Below the pieces are notes generated by a model. The model was not told the origin of the DNA. It saw only the letters and a program-made list of their open reading frames with translations, and did no database searches. The position numbers were made by a program, and so were the translations under genes. Positions 45,178 to 55,619 of a DNA stretch of 64,000 nt are shown here, piece after piece; position 1 is the stretch's first letter; each line of letters begins with the position of its first letter. This DNA comes from a virus (lineage: Duplodnaviria > Caudoviricetes), in the IMG/VR virus record IMGVR_UViG_2597489865_000010, positions 1 through 64,000 of that record, one strand, 5' to 3'.

Positions 45178-45302
45178 GATTTTTCCTCAATGCTGTTTTT
45201 TATAAAGCATGACCGCCTGTTTCATTTGCTGCCGAATAGCATCTGAATAAATCATGCATTGCCGCGCGTCATAAAAACGCAGGCTGAAGGGCAGCGGGAC
45301 GA

Positions 45303-46129
45303 GGCTTTGTTGAATAAATCGAACTTTTAGGTGACTGGCGGCTCTGATCACTACATTCGTTTTAACATCAGGTCCCCATGGCAAAGCAAAAGTTTAAAAT
45401 CACCAACTGGCCCGCATACAACAATGCGCTCAGGCAGCGGGGAGACCTGACAGTACGGCTTGATGAGTCAGCCATTGCTGCATGGACTGAGAGTACACCA
45501 CCTGAACATCGTGGCCGGCCGCTTCACTACACCGATATGGCCATTACCACGGTTCTGATGATAAAGCGCGTGTTTAACCTTTCGCTCCGGGCGTTACAGG
45601 GTTTCGTTGACGCGATTTTTAAACTGATGGGGCTGTCGCTGCGCTGCCCAGATTACTCTCTGGTCAGCCGGCGAGCAAAAACCGTCGACATCAGCATAAA
45701 AACGCCAACCCGCGGCGAAATCTCACACCTGGTCATCGATGGCACCGGCCTGAAAATCTTCGGCGAAGGCGAATGGAAAGTCAGGCAGCATGGGGCTGAG
45801 AGGCGCAGAGTATGGCGCAAGCTTCATCTGGCAGTAGATAGCGCGACACATGAAATTATCTGTGCCGATTTATCGCTAAGCGGTACGACAGATGCGCAGG
45901 CGCTGCCCGGGCTGATTAACCAAACCCACCGGAAAATCAGGGAAGCGTCGGCTGACAGTGCTTACGATACGCGTTACTGTCATGATGCTCTGCTGAGGAA
46001 AAAAATAAAGCCGCTTATCCCACCGCGAAGTGGTGCGCAATATTGGCCAGCTCGATACCATAAGCGTAACCATGCGGTGGCAAATCAGCATCTGAGCGGC
46101 AATAACGATACCTGGAAAAAGAAAGTAGG
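45303..46129 (+). mobile_element. IS903-group element, 3'-truncated by IS256
   Basis: Left IR at 45303; cut after WKKKVG. Confidence 0.93.
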
Positions 46130-47444
46130 GAGCCTGTTTAGAAATTTGTGTATTTGCCTGATTTTGATATGTTCAATCCAACATCAAAAACAGGTTAATT
46201 TATGGACGAAAAACAGTTGCAGGCTCTGGCTAACGAACTGGCCAAAAATCTCAAAACCCCTGAAGATCTCAGTCACTTCGATCGGCTGCTGAAAAAAATC
46301 AGCGTCGAAGCAGCTCTCAATGCCGAAATGACCCATCACCTCGGCTACGATAAAAATTAGCCTAAACCGGGGACCAACGCCCGCAACGGCTATTCCACAA
46401 AAACCGTTACCACTGGCGATGACCCGCTGGCGCTGCGTACTCCGCGCGATCGTGACGGTTCCTTTGAACCGCAACTGGTGAAGAAGAACCAGACCCGGAT
46501 TACCGGGATGGATAACCAGATTTTATCGTTGTACGCCAAAGGGATGACCACCCGCGAGATCGCCGCCGCGTTCAAAGAGCTGTATGACGCCGATGTCTCG
46601 CCGGCGCTGGTCTCAAAGGTCACCGATGCGGTCATGGAGCAGGTTGTCGAATGGCAAAACCGGCCTCTGGATGCAGTCTATCCCATTGTTTATCTTGACT
46701 GTATCGTTCTAAAAGTCCGGCAGGACAGCCGCATCATCAACAAATCTGTGTTCCTGGCGCTGGGCATCAACATCGAAGGCCAGAAAGAGTTGCTAGGTAT
46801 GTGGCTGGCCGAAAATGAAGGCGCAAAGTTCTGGCTGAACGTGCTGACAGAGCTGAAAAACCGCGGCCTGAACGATATCCTTATCGCCTGCGTAGACGGG
46901 CTGAAAGGTTTCCCTGACGCTATTAACGCGGTGTATCCGGAGGCGCGGCTCCAGCTGTGTATCGTGCATATGGTGCGCAACAGCCTGCGGTTCGTCTCCT
47001 GGAAGGACTACAAGGCCGTCACCCGCGACCTGAAAGCTATCTATCAGGCCCCTACGGAAGAAGCCGGCTTGCAGGCGCTGGAAGCGTTCTCCAGTGCCTG
47101 GGACATCCGCTACCCGCAAATAAGTCGAAGCTGGCAGGCAAACTGGGCCAATCTGGCCACGTTCTTTGCCTACCCAACGGACATCCGCAAGGTGATCTAC
47201 ACGACCAACGCCATCGAGTCGTTAAACAGCGTGATCCGGTATGCCATCAAAAAGCGCAAGGTGTTCCCGACCGACGACGCAGTGAAAAAGGTGGTGTGGC
47301 TGGCGATACAGGCGGCCTCACAGAAATGGACAATGCCTTTGAGGGACTGGCGCATGGCAATGAGCCGCTTTATTATCGAGTTCGGTGACCGCCTGGACGG
47401 TCACTTCTGAGAAAAGGCATTTACACAGAATCGTGTACAGGGTC
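46130..47444 (+). mobile_element. IS256-family element with nonsense mutation
   Basis: Both ends present; TAG near 46358; no target duplication. Confidence 0.95.
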
Positions 47445-48878
47445 AGGTAAATTAGGAAATAAGATCACCTATCTCAACACAAAAAACAACAAAAACAGGG
47501 CAGTTCCCATTTCCACTGAACTTTGTGCTCAAATCACAGACAGTATTCAGAACGGCCGGCTATTTGCAAATCTCAACTATCGATATGTAAGAGACTGCAT
47601 TAAAGAAATCGCCCCCAACCTTCCAGCAGGTCAAGCAGTGCACGTTCTGCGCGGCTTTGTTGAATAAATCGAACTTTTAGGTGACTGGCGGCTCTGATCA
47701 CTACATTCGTTTCAACATCAGGTCCCCATGGCAAAGCAAAAGTTTAAAATCACCAACTGGCCCGCATACAACAATGCGCTCAGGCAGCGGGGGGACATGA
47801 CAGTATGGCTTGATGAGTCAGCCATTGCTGCATGGACTGAGAGTACACCACCTGAACATCGTGGCCGGCCGCTTCACTATACCGATATGGCCATTACCAC
47901 GGTTCTGATGATAAAGCGCGTGTTTAACCTTTCGCTCCGGGCGTTACAGGGTTTCGTTGACGCGATTTTTAAACTGATGGGGCTGTCGCTGCGCTGCCCA
48001 GATTACTCTCTGGTCAGCCGGCGAGCAAAAACCGTCGACATCAGCATAAAAACGCCAACCCGCGGCGAAATCTCACACCTGGTCATCGATGGCACCGGCC
48101 TGAAAATCTTCGGCGAAGGCGAATGGAAAGTCAGGCAGCATGGGGCTGAGAGGCGCAGAGTATGGCGCAAGCTTCATCTGGCAGTAGATAGCGCGACACA
48201 TGAAATTATCTGTGCCGATTTATCGCTAAGCGGTACGACAGATGCGCAGGCGCTGCCCGGGCTGATTAACCAAACCCACCGGAAAATCAGGGAAGCGTCG
48301 GCTGACAGTGCTTACGATACGCGTTACTGTCATGATGCTCTGCTGAGGAAAAAAATAAAGCCGCTTATCCCACCGCGAAGTGGTGCGCAATATTGGCCAG
48401 TTCGATACCATGAGCGTAACCATGCGGTGGCAAATCAGCATCTGAGCGGCAATAACGATACCTGGAAAAAGAAAGTAGGTTATCACCGGCGTTCACTGGC
48501 TGAAACGGCCATGTTCCGGTTTAAAACACTTCTGGGTGGTCATCTGAGTCTGCATGACTATGACGCGCAGGTAGGTGAGGCTATGGCAATGGTCAAAGCG
48601 CTTAACCGGATCACGCTGTTAAGAATGCCAAACAGCGTCCGTATCATGTAACAATCGCCCTGATAGGGAGGAAGTCGTCACAAATTTCGGATTTATTCAA
48701 CAAAGCGGTTCTGCGCCATACATTTGCCAGTCACTTTATGATGAATGGAGGGAACATCCTAGCCCTGCAAAGAATTTTGGAACATTCAAGTATTTTACAA
48801 ACGATGGTTTATGCGCATTTTGCTCATGATTATTTAGAAGATGCCGTCAGATTTAATCCGTTGGAGAATCAGCAATGA
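47445..48878 (+). pseudogene. int: P2/HP1-like tyrosine integrase, C-terminal part split by IS903
   Basis: LPAGQAVHVLR | IS | HTFASHFMMNGGNILALQRILEHSSILQTMVYAHF; not in the ORF track. Confidence 0.9.
47653..48707 (+). mobile_element. IS903-group element with intact transposase at 47728-48651
   Basis: Both IRs present; target duplication GTTCTGCGC. Confidence 0.97.
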
Positions 48879-49356
48879 TTAAAACTAAGAAACCAACCGA
48901 AGAGGAGCTCCGCAATTTTCTTATGCGTAAGTTTCTTGAAGAGCAACTGAATAAAAAAGCTAAAGAACGCAAAAATAAAAAAAATTAACTGATTATAAAC
49001 AAAATATTATACAAGTTACCCCAGTACTTTTCCGTAAGTTTCTTGCTGAGAAAGGGGTTTCTTTATGTTGCCCTTCATGTGGTTCTGAGGAGTTGACGGT
49101 GCCTGAAAAAAGACTCTTGCAGAGAAAAAAATTCGCATCTAATTTTAACAGATTACCGGTAGCTGAGAAGGAAGACGCCCTAATTAGTTCTTATGTTTCA
49201 TATCTAACTTGGGGTGATGAAAGCTGCGTATCCGGCCTGATAAAAAGCTACTATCAAGTACATTGTTTGAACTGTGGTCACCTCAGCCTTTATCGTTCTA
49301 TCGTTGTTTTACAATGGATTGCAAATCTTGAAAAAGCATGCGAGGTGAAAGAATGA
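48875..49356 (+). pseudogene. CxxC...CxxC (putative Zn-binding) phage cargo protein, frameshifted in an A run
   Basis: MIKTKKPTEEELR... then a frameshift near 48985, then VTPVLFRKFLAEKGVSLCCPSCGS...YYQVHCLNCGHLSLY...VLQWI. Homolog at 61819-62258. Confidence 0.65.
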
Positions 49357-49763
49357 CAGGTAAAATAATAGAAAGGGATTTTCCTTTGTATCTAGTGGGT
49401 GATAGTAATACACGGCGAAGCAATGAGACTATAATCAGACATGGTAACGGGGGAGGGGGAGGAGGAGGCATGCAGGACAGACTAGAAAAACGAGTTGAGC
49501 GCTTAGAGGCTGATGTAGTCGAGATAAAAATGGATTTGACAAAGCTTACTACCCGCTCTGAGGAATTTTCAACCAAAAGCGATTTGCTCTCTCTTAAAGC
49601 TGAAATCAATAAAGAATTTGGCTTGCTCAACAAGGAGTTTGGCGTTTTTCACAAAGAATTCTCCACTATTCATCAACAGATTGCTAACCAAACGAAATGG
49701 ATAGCAGGGATTGTATTTACCGCTCTTGGTTTAGGCATCGCAGCAGTCAAGTACCTTTTTTGA
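49353..49763 (+). CDS. Poly-Gly / coiled-coil / C-terminal TM phage protein (DUF1640/Bdr-like)
   Basis: GNGGGGGGGM, LEKRVERLEADV heptads, STKSDL, QTKWIAGIVFTALGLGIAAVKYLF; ATGA overlap with the upstream gene. Confidence 0.75.
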   Translation: MTGKIIERDFPLYLVGDSNTRRSNETIIRHGNGGGGGGGMQDRLEKRVERLEADVVEIKMDLTKLTTRSEEFSTKSDLLSLKAEINKEFGLLNKEFGVFHKEFSTIHQQIANQTKWIAGIVFTALGLGIAAVKYLF

Positions 49764-49765
49764 TG

Positions 49766-49895
49766 ATCCACAAATTGACCCAAACGTACACGCTATGTTC
49801 GTTTTAAACACGCAGTTACAGGCATGTAACTCACTGATTTTATGGAACTATTTGTTTTCATTAGTGCCAAAATGGGGGCTTTCGCCTCCCTGTTT
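49766..49895. other. Probable prophage att junction (arm-like site, IHF site, hairpin)
   Basis: TGTGGAT on the minus strand (P2 arm-like), IHF-like AATCAGTGAGTTA on the minus strand (~49827-49839) and hairpin GGGGGC-tttc-GCCTCC-ctgttt at 49874-49895. Composition shifts from AT-rich to GC-rich towards hinT. Confidence 0.5.
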
Positions 49896-50027
49896 GCTAT
49901 GGTTAATACGTCCACGTCGCCATTGTGCGCCCTAAGTGACTATTTTAATGCTGCGGCCGGTTGAAAAGCAGGGAGTTCCTCACTCATACTTCCGTTACCA
50001 ACCAGTCAGGAAACAAGGAACGCCGCC

Positions 50028-50375
50028 ATGGCCGAAGAAACCATTTTTAGTAAAATTATTCGCCGGGAAATACCCGCTGATATTCTCTATCAGGACGATT
50101 TGGTTACCGCTTTTCGCGACATCAGCCCCAAAGCGCCCAGCCATATTTTGATCGTGACCAATCTGCTTATCCCCACCGTCAACGATGTCACCGCCGACCA
50201 TGAAGCGGAGCTGGGACGGTTGTTTACCGTGGCGGCGAAAATAGCCCAACAAGAGGGCATCGATGCGGACGGCTACCGGCTAATCGTGAATTGCAACCGC
50301 CACGGCGGCCAGGAAGTGTATCATTTGCACATGCATCTTTTGGGAGGCAGGCCGCTTGGCCCGCTGGTGGCGTGA
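50028..50375 (+). CDS. hinT: Purine nucleoside phosphoramidase (HIT family)
   Basis: [11 protein letters not shown]; HLHMH HIT motif. Confidence 0.96.
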   Translation: MAEETIFSKIIRREIPADILYQDDLVTAFRDISPKAPSHILIVTNLLIPTVNDVTADHEAELGRLFTVAAKIAQQEGIDADGYRLIVNCNRHGGQEVYHLHMHLLGGRPLGPLVA

Positions 50376-50391
50376 TGGGTTGGGGAGAAAC

Positions 50392-50769
50392 ATGCGTTTA
50401 GCACCCTGGATGGTCGCGCTGTTGCTGTTAACCGGCTGCAGCGGTAGCCGCGATCCCGCATTGATCATCAATAATCAGCAATCGCTGGTGATGGACCCGT
50501 CGGTGCTCAGCGCCGGCATTACCGCCGCGCCGCCGTCGCTTACCACCGATCGGGGGCGATTGCGCGCCTATAGCATCCTGAGCAACGATCATCCCGCTCT
50601 GGTCACCGTGTATTACCGTTTCTATTGGTACGATGCGCAGGGATTGGACGTCATACCGTTCGCCGCGACGCGCATGCTGATCGTGCCGCCTGGCGGGGAA
50701 GCCCGGGTGGAGGCGGTGAATGGTAATCCGGAGGCGAAGCACGCTCGTCTCTATTTGTTTTTGCAATAA
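50392..50769 (+). CDS. ycfL: YcfL (DUF1425) lipoprotein
   Basis: Lipobox LTGC; YRFYWYDAQG; synteny. Confidence 0.92.
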   Translation: MRLAPWMVALLLLTGCSGSRDPALIINNQQSLVMDPSVLSAGITAAPPSLTTDRGRLRAYSILSNDHPALVTVYYRFYWYDAQGLDVIPFAATRMLIVPPGGEARVEAVNGNPEAKHARLYLFLQ

Positions 50770-50790
50770 AGAGTCAACGTCGAGTCTACA

Positions 50791-51375
50791 ATGAAAAAGA
50801 CAGCCTTAATCGTCCTTGCAGCGCTGGTGCTGGCCAGCTGTACCACCCGAACTCCAGAGCCGCCCCCGGCCACCGTAGAGCCCGCGCCGCCGCCGACTAC
50901 GGTACCGGTACAGCCGCCGCCGGTCACCAGCGAGCCGGTGCCCTTGCCACCGAAAATCAAGACCATTGACTGGCCGGCCAGCCTGTCGCCCATGGTGCAG
51001 CAAATGTTGCAGGTGGACGGCGTCAACGATGGCAGCGTGCTGCTGGTAAATACCTTAAAAAACGCCACTAACGGCAGCGTGCAGACCGGTAAAGCCACCG
51101 CGGCCCTTACTCGCCTCATTGCACAGGGCGGCGGCAAATTTCAGGTGGTGGGCGCCGATAAACTGAACTCGGCGCGCCAGACGTTGGGGCTTTCCTCCGA
51201 CGACAGTTTGGAGTCGCTCAGTAAAGCGGTGGGACTGGCTCGCTATCTCAACGCCCAGTACGTGCTGTATAGCGCCGCCAGCGGCGATGTGAAAGCACCC
51301 ACGCTCGATCTGCAACTGATGCTGGTGCAAACCGGCGAGATCATTTGGTCCGGTAACGGCGTTGCCCAGGATTGA
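50791..51375 (+). CDS. lpoB: PBP1b activator lipoprotein LpoB
   Basis: Lipobox LASC, Pro-rich linker, QLMLVQTGEIIWSG. Confidence 0.95.
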   Translation: MKKTALIVLAALVLASCTTRTPEPPPATVEPAPPPTTVPVQPPPVTSEPVPLPPKIKTIDWPASLSPMVQQMLQVDGVNDGSVLLVNTLKNATNGSVQTGKATAALTRLIAQGGGKFQVVGADKLNSARQTLGLSSDDSLESLSKAVGLARYLNAQYVLYSAASGDVKAPTLDLQLMLVQTGEIIWSGNGVAQD

Positions 51376-51861
51376 CGATGGGCTGCGCTCGATGTTGGCG
51401 CAGTTACTGCCGCGTGCAACGTTAGACAGTGTCAACCCCCTGCCGGTCAGCGGTCTAACCGGCGAAAGCTGGCGATTGCAGGGAGCCGGTGTTGATTTGC
51501 TGGCGCGCGAAGCCAGCGGGCAGAAAATCCAGCTGGGCGTTGACCGGCGTCGGGAATTTCGCCTGTTGCGCGCCCTTAACGGCAGCGGCCTGGCGCCGCG
51601 TCCGCGGGGCATCACCGCCGGCTGACTGCTGGTGGAGTGGCTATCCGGCGCACCGTTAAATACGCAGGGCTGGCAACAGGCGCTGATGACGGGCACGCTG
51701 GCGGGTCTCCTGGCCAGGCTGCACCAGCAGCGGCGCAGCGGCTACCCGCTGAACCTACAGGCGCGCTATGCGCGCTATTGGCAAACCAGCGACCCGGCGC
51801 ACACCGGCCTGGCTGAGGCTACACAGGCGGTTTTTGCGCCGGCGTCCGCCGACGGCCCTGC
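51362..51861 (+). pseudogene. thiK: Thiamine kinase ThiK (nonsense mutation, IS-truncated)
   Basis: Follows lpoB; GLTGESWR and GVDRRRE motifs; TGA at 51623-51625; cut by IS21. Confidence 0.85.
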
Positions 51862-54462
51862 TGCAGATTCCGACGTATCCGACCAGCTGTTTCGGCGACA
51901 TCCGATCAGTTATTCCGATATTTTCCGATCACCCATTCCAGTGATATTCGATCACGTGTTCGCTCATCTTCTGACTCGGGTTTAGTCTATTTTTCCTGTG
52001 CTGGCTACTCCTTGCTCTTTGCGTAGTGATTCGCCTTTAAGTTCCAGTCTATAGCTGGGGTGTACTAACCGATCGAGTAACGCGTCAGCTGTCGTGGGGT
52101 TTTCTATCAGTCCATACCATTTTTTCACCGGCAGTTGACTGATCAGGATGCTGCTGCTTTTGTCGTAGCGATCTTCCATCACCTCCAACAGCATCGTTGC
52201 CTGCATCGGACTTATTGATTCTAGGCCCACGTCGTCCAAAATCAGTAACTCTATTTTTTCTAACTGCTTAAGCTGTTTTAGATAGGTCCCGTCTACCTGA
52301 CACTGGTGAAGATGGGCCAGCAATCGACCCACTTGCCAGTAACGCACGCTATATTGCTGCCGGCATGCCTGCTCACCAAGCGCACAACTGAGCCAGGTTT
52401 TGCCCGTACCTGTCGGCCCCGTGATGAGTATGCTTTTCTGATATTTCAGATATTGTCCCCCTAGCAGATCTCGCATCTGTTCCGGTGTCACTCCTCGGCT
52501 AGGGATATAGCGGATATCTTCCGGTTTTGCCTGCAAGCGCATTTGCGATTGCCGTCGCATACGGCATATATGGTTGTTTTTTCTATGAAAATTTTCCGCT
52601 TCTACCATCAGCGACAACCGCTCCTCGAACCCCAGCTCCCCATAACTCCCCGGGAGTTCGCGTTGCGTCTCCAACGCCTGGACCATTGCCGACAACTTCA
52701 GCTCTCGCTGAGCCATTAACAGTGTATCCATATTTATTCTCCTTAGTGATAACTGTCCGGACCTCGGAGGTTTTCGTGAACCAGCATTGATACGCAGGCT
52801 CCGTCCTGGGTGACCTCACTTTCACGACCGTGTTTCAATACGTTGGCTATGAAAGAGCGGTTAATGCACCCTTTCTCCAACGCCAGCGCGCAGGCCTTCT
52901 CCAGTCGCGTCGTCTCATAGCGCCGTTGCAGATTGAGTAGCCCCAGCACGGAGCGGTAAGCCTGCTCCGGATGGGCTTTGCTCTTTTGGATGGACTCGAC
53001 CACTTTCAGTGTGCACACACCCACCGACAGCGCCCAACTGAACAGCCTTTCCGGCGTCCACCTGACTCTGCCCCTTATGGTTAGCCGGCATGTGCGCCGC
53101 CTGAGTCGTGTGCCTATAGGCGTTATCGCTGCGAGGGTGCGTAGCCACGCAGACGCCCTTATGGTGGATTTGCACCAGCCGTTGGGTGGCGATGACGTCA
53201 ACGCGCTCGCCAACCAGCGGATGCGGCACCGAGTACCAGTTTTTGCCGTAGTCCATGTGGTAATCAGGTCCCACTCGGGCAACGAGATACTCACTGTATT
53301 CCCATTGTGTGGGCGGTAGAGGCCCAAGAGCCGGTTTGTCCAGCTGCTCGAAGCGTTCAAGGCGACTTTGTCCGCCGTAATGACGCATCGGGCGCAGATT
53401 CAACTCATGATTGAGTTCTCGTATCACCTGGTTGAGTTCGGTCAGCGAGTAGAACCTACGTTTACGCAACCGGGCCAAAACCCAGCGTTCTACCAGCTGC
53501 ACAGTTGATTCTGCCTTCGCCTTGTCTTTCGGTTTTCTCGGGCGCGCCGGTAGCACCACTGTCTCATAGTGATTTGCCAGCGCCTGGTAGCTCTGGTTTA
53601 TGACCGGCTCATAGCGGTCAGGGATGCTGACAGCGCTGCGCAGATTATCAGGTATCATCAGCTCCGGAACCCCACCCATGAAGTGCAGGCAGCGGCTATT
53701 GGCGTTGAGCCACGATGCCATGTCCTGGCCTTCGCAGGCTTCGATATACGCATAGCCTGACACGCCCATGGCAGCGACGAAGATAGCGACCTGGCGTACG
53801 CTACCGGTCGCAGGGTTGACGATAGGTACGGTGGGGCCACAGAAGTCGATGAAGAGCTTTTCGCCAGCCTTGTGCTCCATGCGCATGGAACGCCGCTGCT
53901 TCTTTTTCCAGTCACGTAACAGTGCACAAAACTGTGAGTAACCGAGGGCATCATCGCCCACGGCGGACTGATATTCCATCCAGAGCAGCTGCTTGGTCAT
54001 GCCCTTGCGGCTTAACTCGGTATAGATATCAAGCCAGCTGGGTAAGGTATTGATAACTTTTCCGGATTTGCCGGGATAGAGCAGGCGGTCGAGGTCGACG
54101 GGGGACAGTTCCGCCGGCAATGGCCAGACCAGGTTAGCTACCGTGAATCGGCCGAGGATATCGTGCACGGTAGTACAGCCTATGCCGAGCGCTGCTGCGA
54201 TAGTGCGATTCGAGCGACGCTGCTCGAATTTCATACGTAATACATTAATATAGATGCACATTTCCGTTCTCGCTTTCTTCTTTTTACGTGCCATGCCATG
54301 CCTCCGGAAGCTAAAAGTCTCCAGAGTATGGCGGAACAGAAGATGAGCGATCGGACAGAATCGGAATCGCTGATCGGGCGACCGGAATCAGTGATCGGAT
54401 GAAATCAGAATTAGTGATCGGGTGAAATCGGAATCAGTGATCGGATGTGACCGGAACCAGCA
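51862..54462 (-). mobile_element. IS21-family element (istA frameshifted near 53060; istB 51982-52731 intact)
   Basis: Both ends present with CCGATCA repeats; no target duplication. Confidence 0.95.
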
Positions 54463-54487
54463 CCTGTCACCATCAAGGATTTTTATT

Positions 54488-54700
54488 ATGAATACCGACG
54501 ATATAACCCAAATTCTCTATCATGTATTGCCCGCCATGCAAAACGGTTTTTCTATTCGGGCGCAGGGTAATTACGCCTATTTTTATGTTGACCCACAAAA
54601 GCCTTACGCACAGGAATTTATTGCCGGAATAGAAAAGGATTTGAGGGAGCGCATAAAGTGGTTAATGGAGAATCACGTTAATCGCTTAGTACCTCAGTAA
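54488..54700 (+). CDS. Phage hypothetical protein (paralog of 8844-9056)
   Basis: Near-identical translation. Confidence 0.65.
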   Translation: MNTDDITQILYHVLPAMQNGFSIRAQGNYAYFYVDPQKPYAQEFIAGIEKDLRERIKWLMENHVNRLVPQ

Positions 54701-54781
54701 ATTATTACCTGCCATTAAAGTGAAATAAAAACGGCGCATGACGCCAGGGCTTCGCACGGCCTGAATAAAAGAGAACTCACC

Positions 54782-55042
54782 ATGACTGAAATAATCCACA
54801 CCCGTCAGGACAGCTCGCCAACTCGCATTCGCCTGACGCCCGGTTTAACCGATCCGGACTTCATGACCATCGGTCTGGCGGCCAGAAAAAGCGAACGCGA
54901 ACACCTGCTTGGCATGCTCAGTGCCTTTCTGGAATCGCAACGCGCCCGCGCTGTACCCGCAGACAAAATACTGAACGAGCTGAATGACTGGATAGCGCTG
55001 CGTTTGTCAGCGCTTGATATGACCGAGGAGTTACCACGATGA
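54782..55042 (+). CDS. Phage hypothetical protein (paralog of 8502-8762)
   Basis: Near-identical translation. Confidence 0.7.
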   Translation: MTEIIHTRQDSSPTRIRLTPGLTDPDFMTIGLAARKSEREHLLGMLSAFLESQRARAVPADKILNELNDWIALRLSALDMTEELPR

Positions 55043-55609
55043 ATCATCTCATGATTGATATTGAAACCCTCGGCGTTCGCGCCAGTGCGCCACTGGCAGC
55101 GATAGGTGCCGTCTTTTTTGAACCCTCTACCGGCCAGCTGGGCAAAGCGTTTTATGCCCGCGTTGACTCGCGCAGTGATGAGGTTGCTGGCGCCCGTGCG
55201 GAAGTCGATACGGCATTGTGGTGGTTACGTCAGGATGCCGACGCGCGCGTCGAACTGATTATTGAACCGCGCTCTTCTGCGCGAGATGCCCTGAATGCGT
55301 TTTTGAATTACATCAACGCCAGTTAGATACCTGCTGGCCGCAAGCACCTGAATATCTGGTGCAAGGGTGGCGAATTTGACGTGGGGGATTTTGGGCGCGG
55401 CCTTTGAGCGCCATGGCCTGCCCATCTCCTGGTATTACTCGCGTATGCGGGATATGCGCACCCTGCAATCTCTGGCGCAAGCAACCGGCTATTGCTCACC
55501 CGCGCGCCAGACTCTGAAGCACCACGCCCTTGAGGATGCCTGCTATCAGGCACAGGTAGTGGCGGAAATTTGGCAGCGTCATTCCGACGCTTTTATCGAA
55601 CATTGCTGA
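55039..55609 (+). pseudogene. DEDD 3'-5' exonuclease, disrupted
   Basis: TAG at 55324-55326 and a frameshift near 55385 relative to the intact paralog at 7936-8505. Confidence 0.85.
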
Positions 55610-55619
55610 GGACGCGCAG

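Noticed and set aside
45378-46292. Apparent novel fusion ORFs (also 21658-21900, the tail of 32340-33293, 51632-51985, 58617-59003)
   Set aside because: These are read-through chimeras across IS junctions.
48975-48990. A-run as a programmed ribosomal frameshift
   Set aside because: No evident stimulatory structure, and many similar slips in the window are simple decay. It cannot be supported without homolog comparison.
50850-50955. Proline-rich repeat
   Set aside because: It is the normal flexible linker of LpoB.
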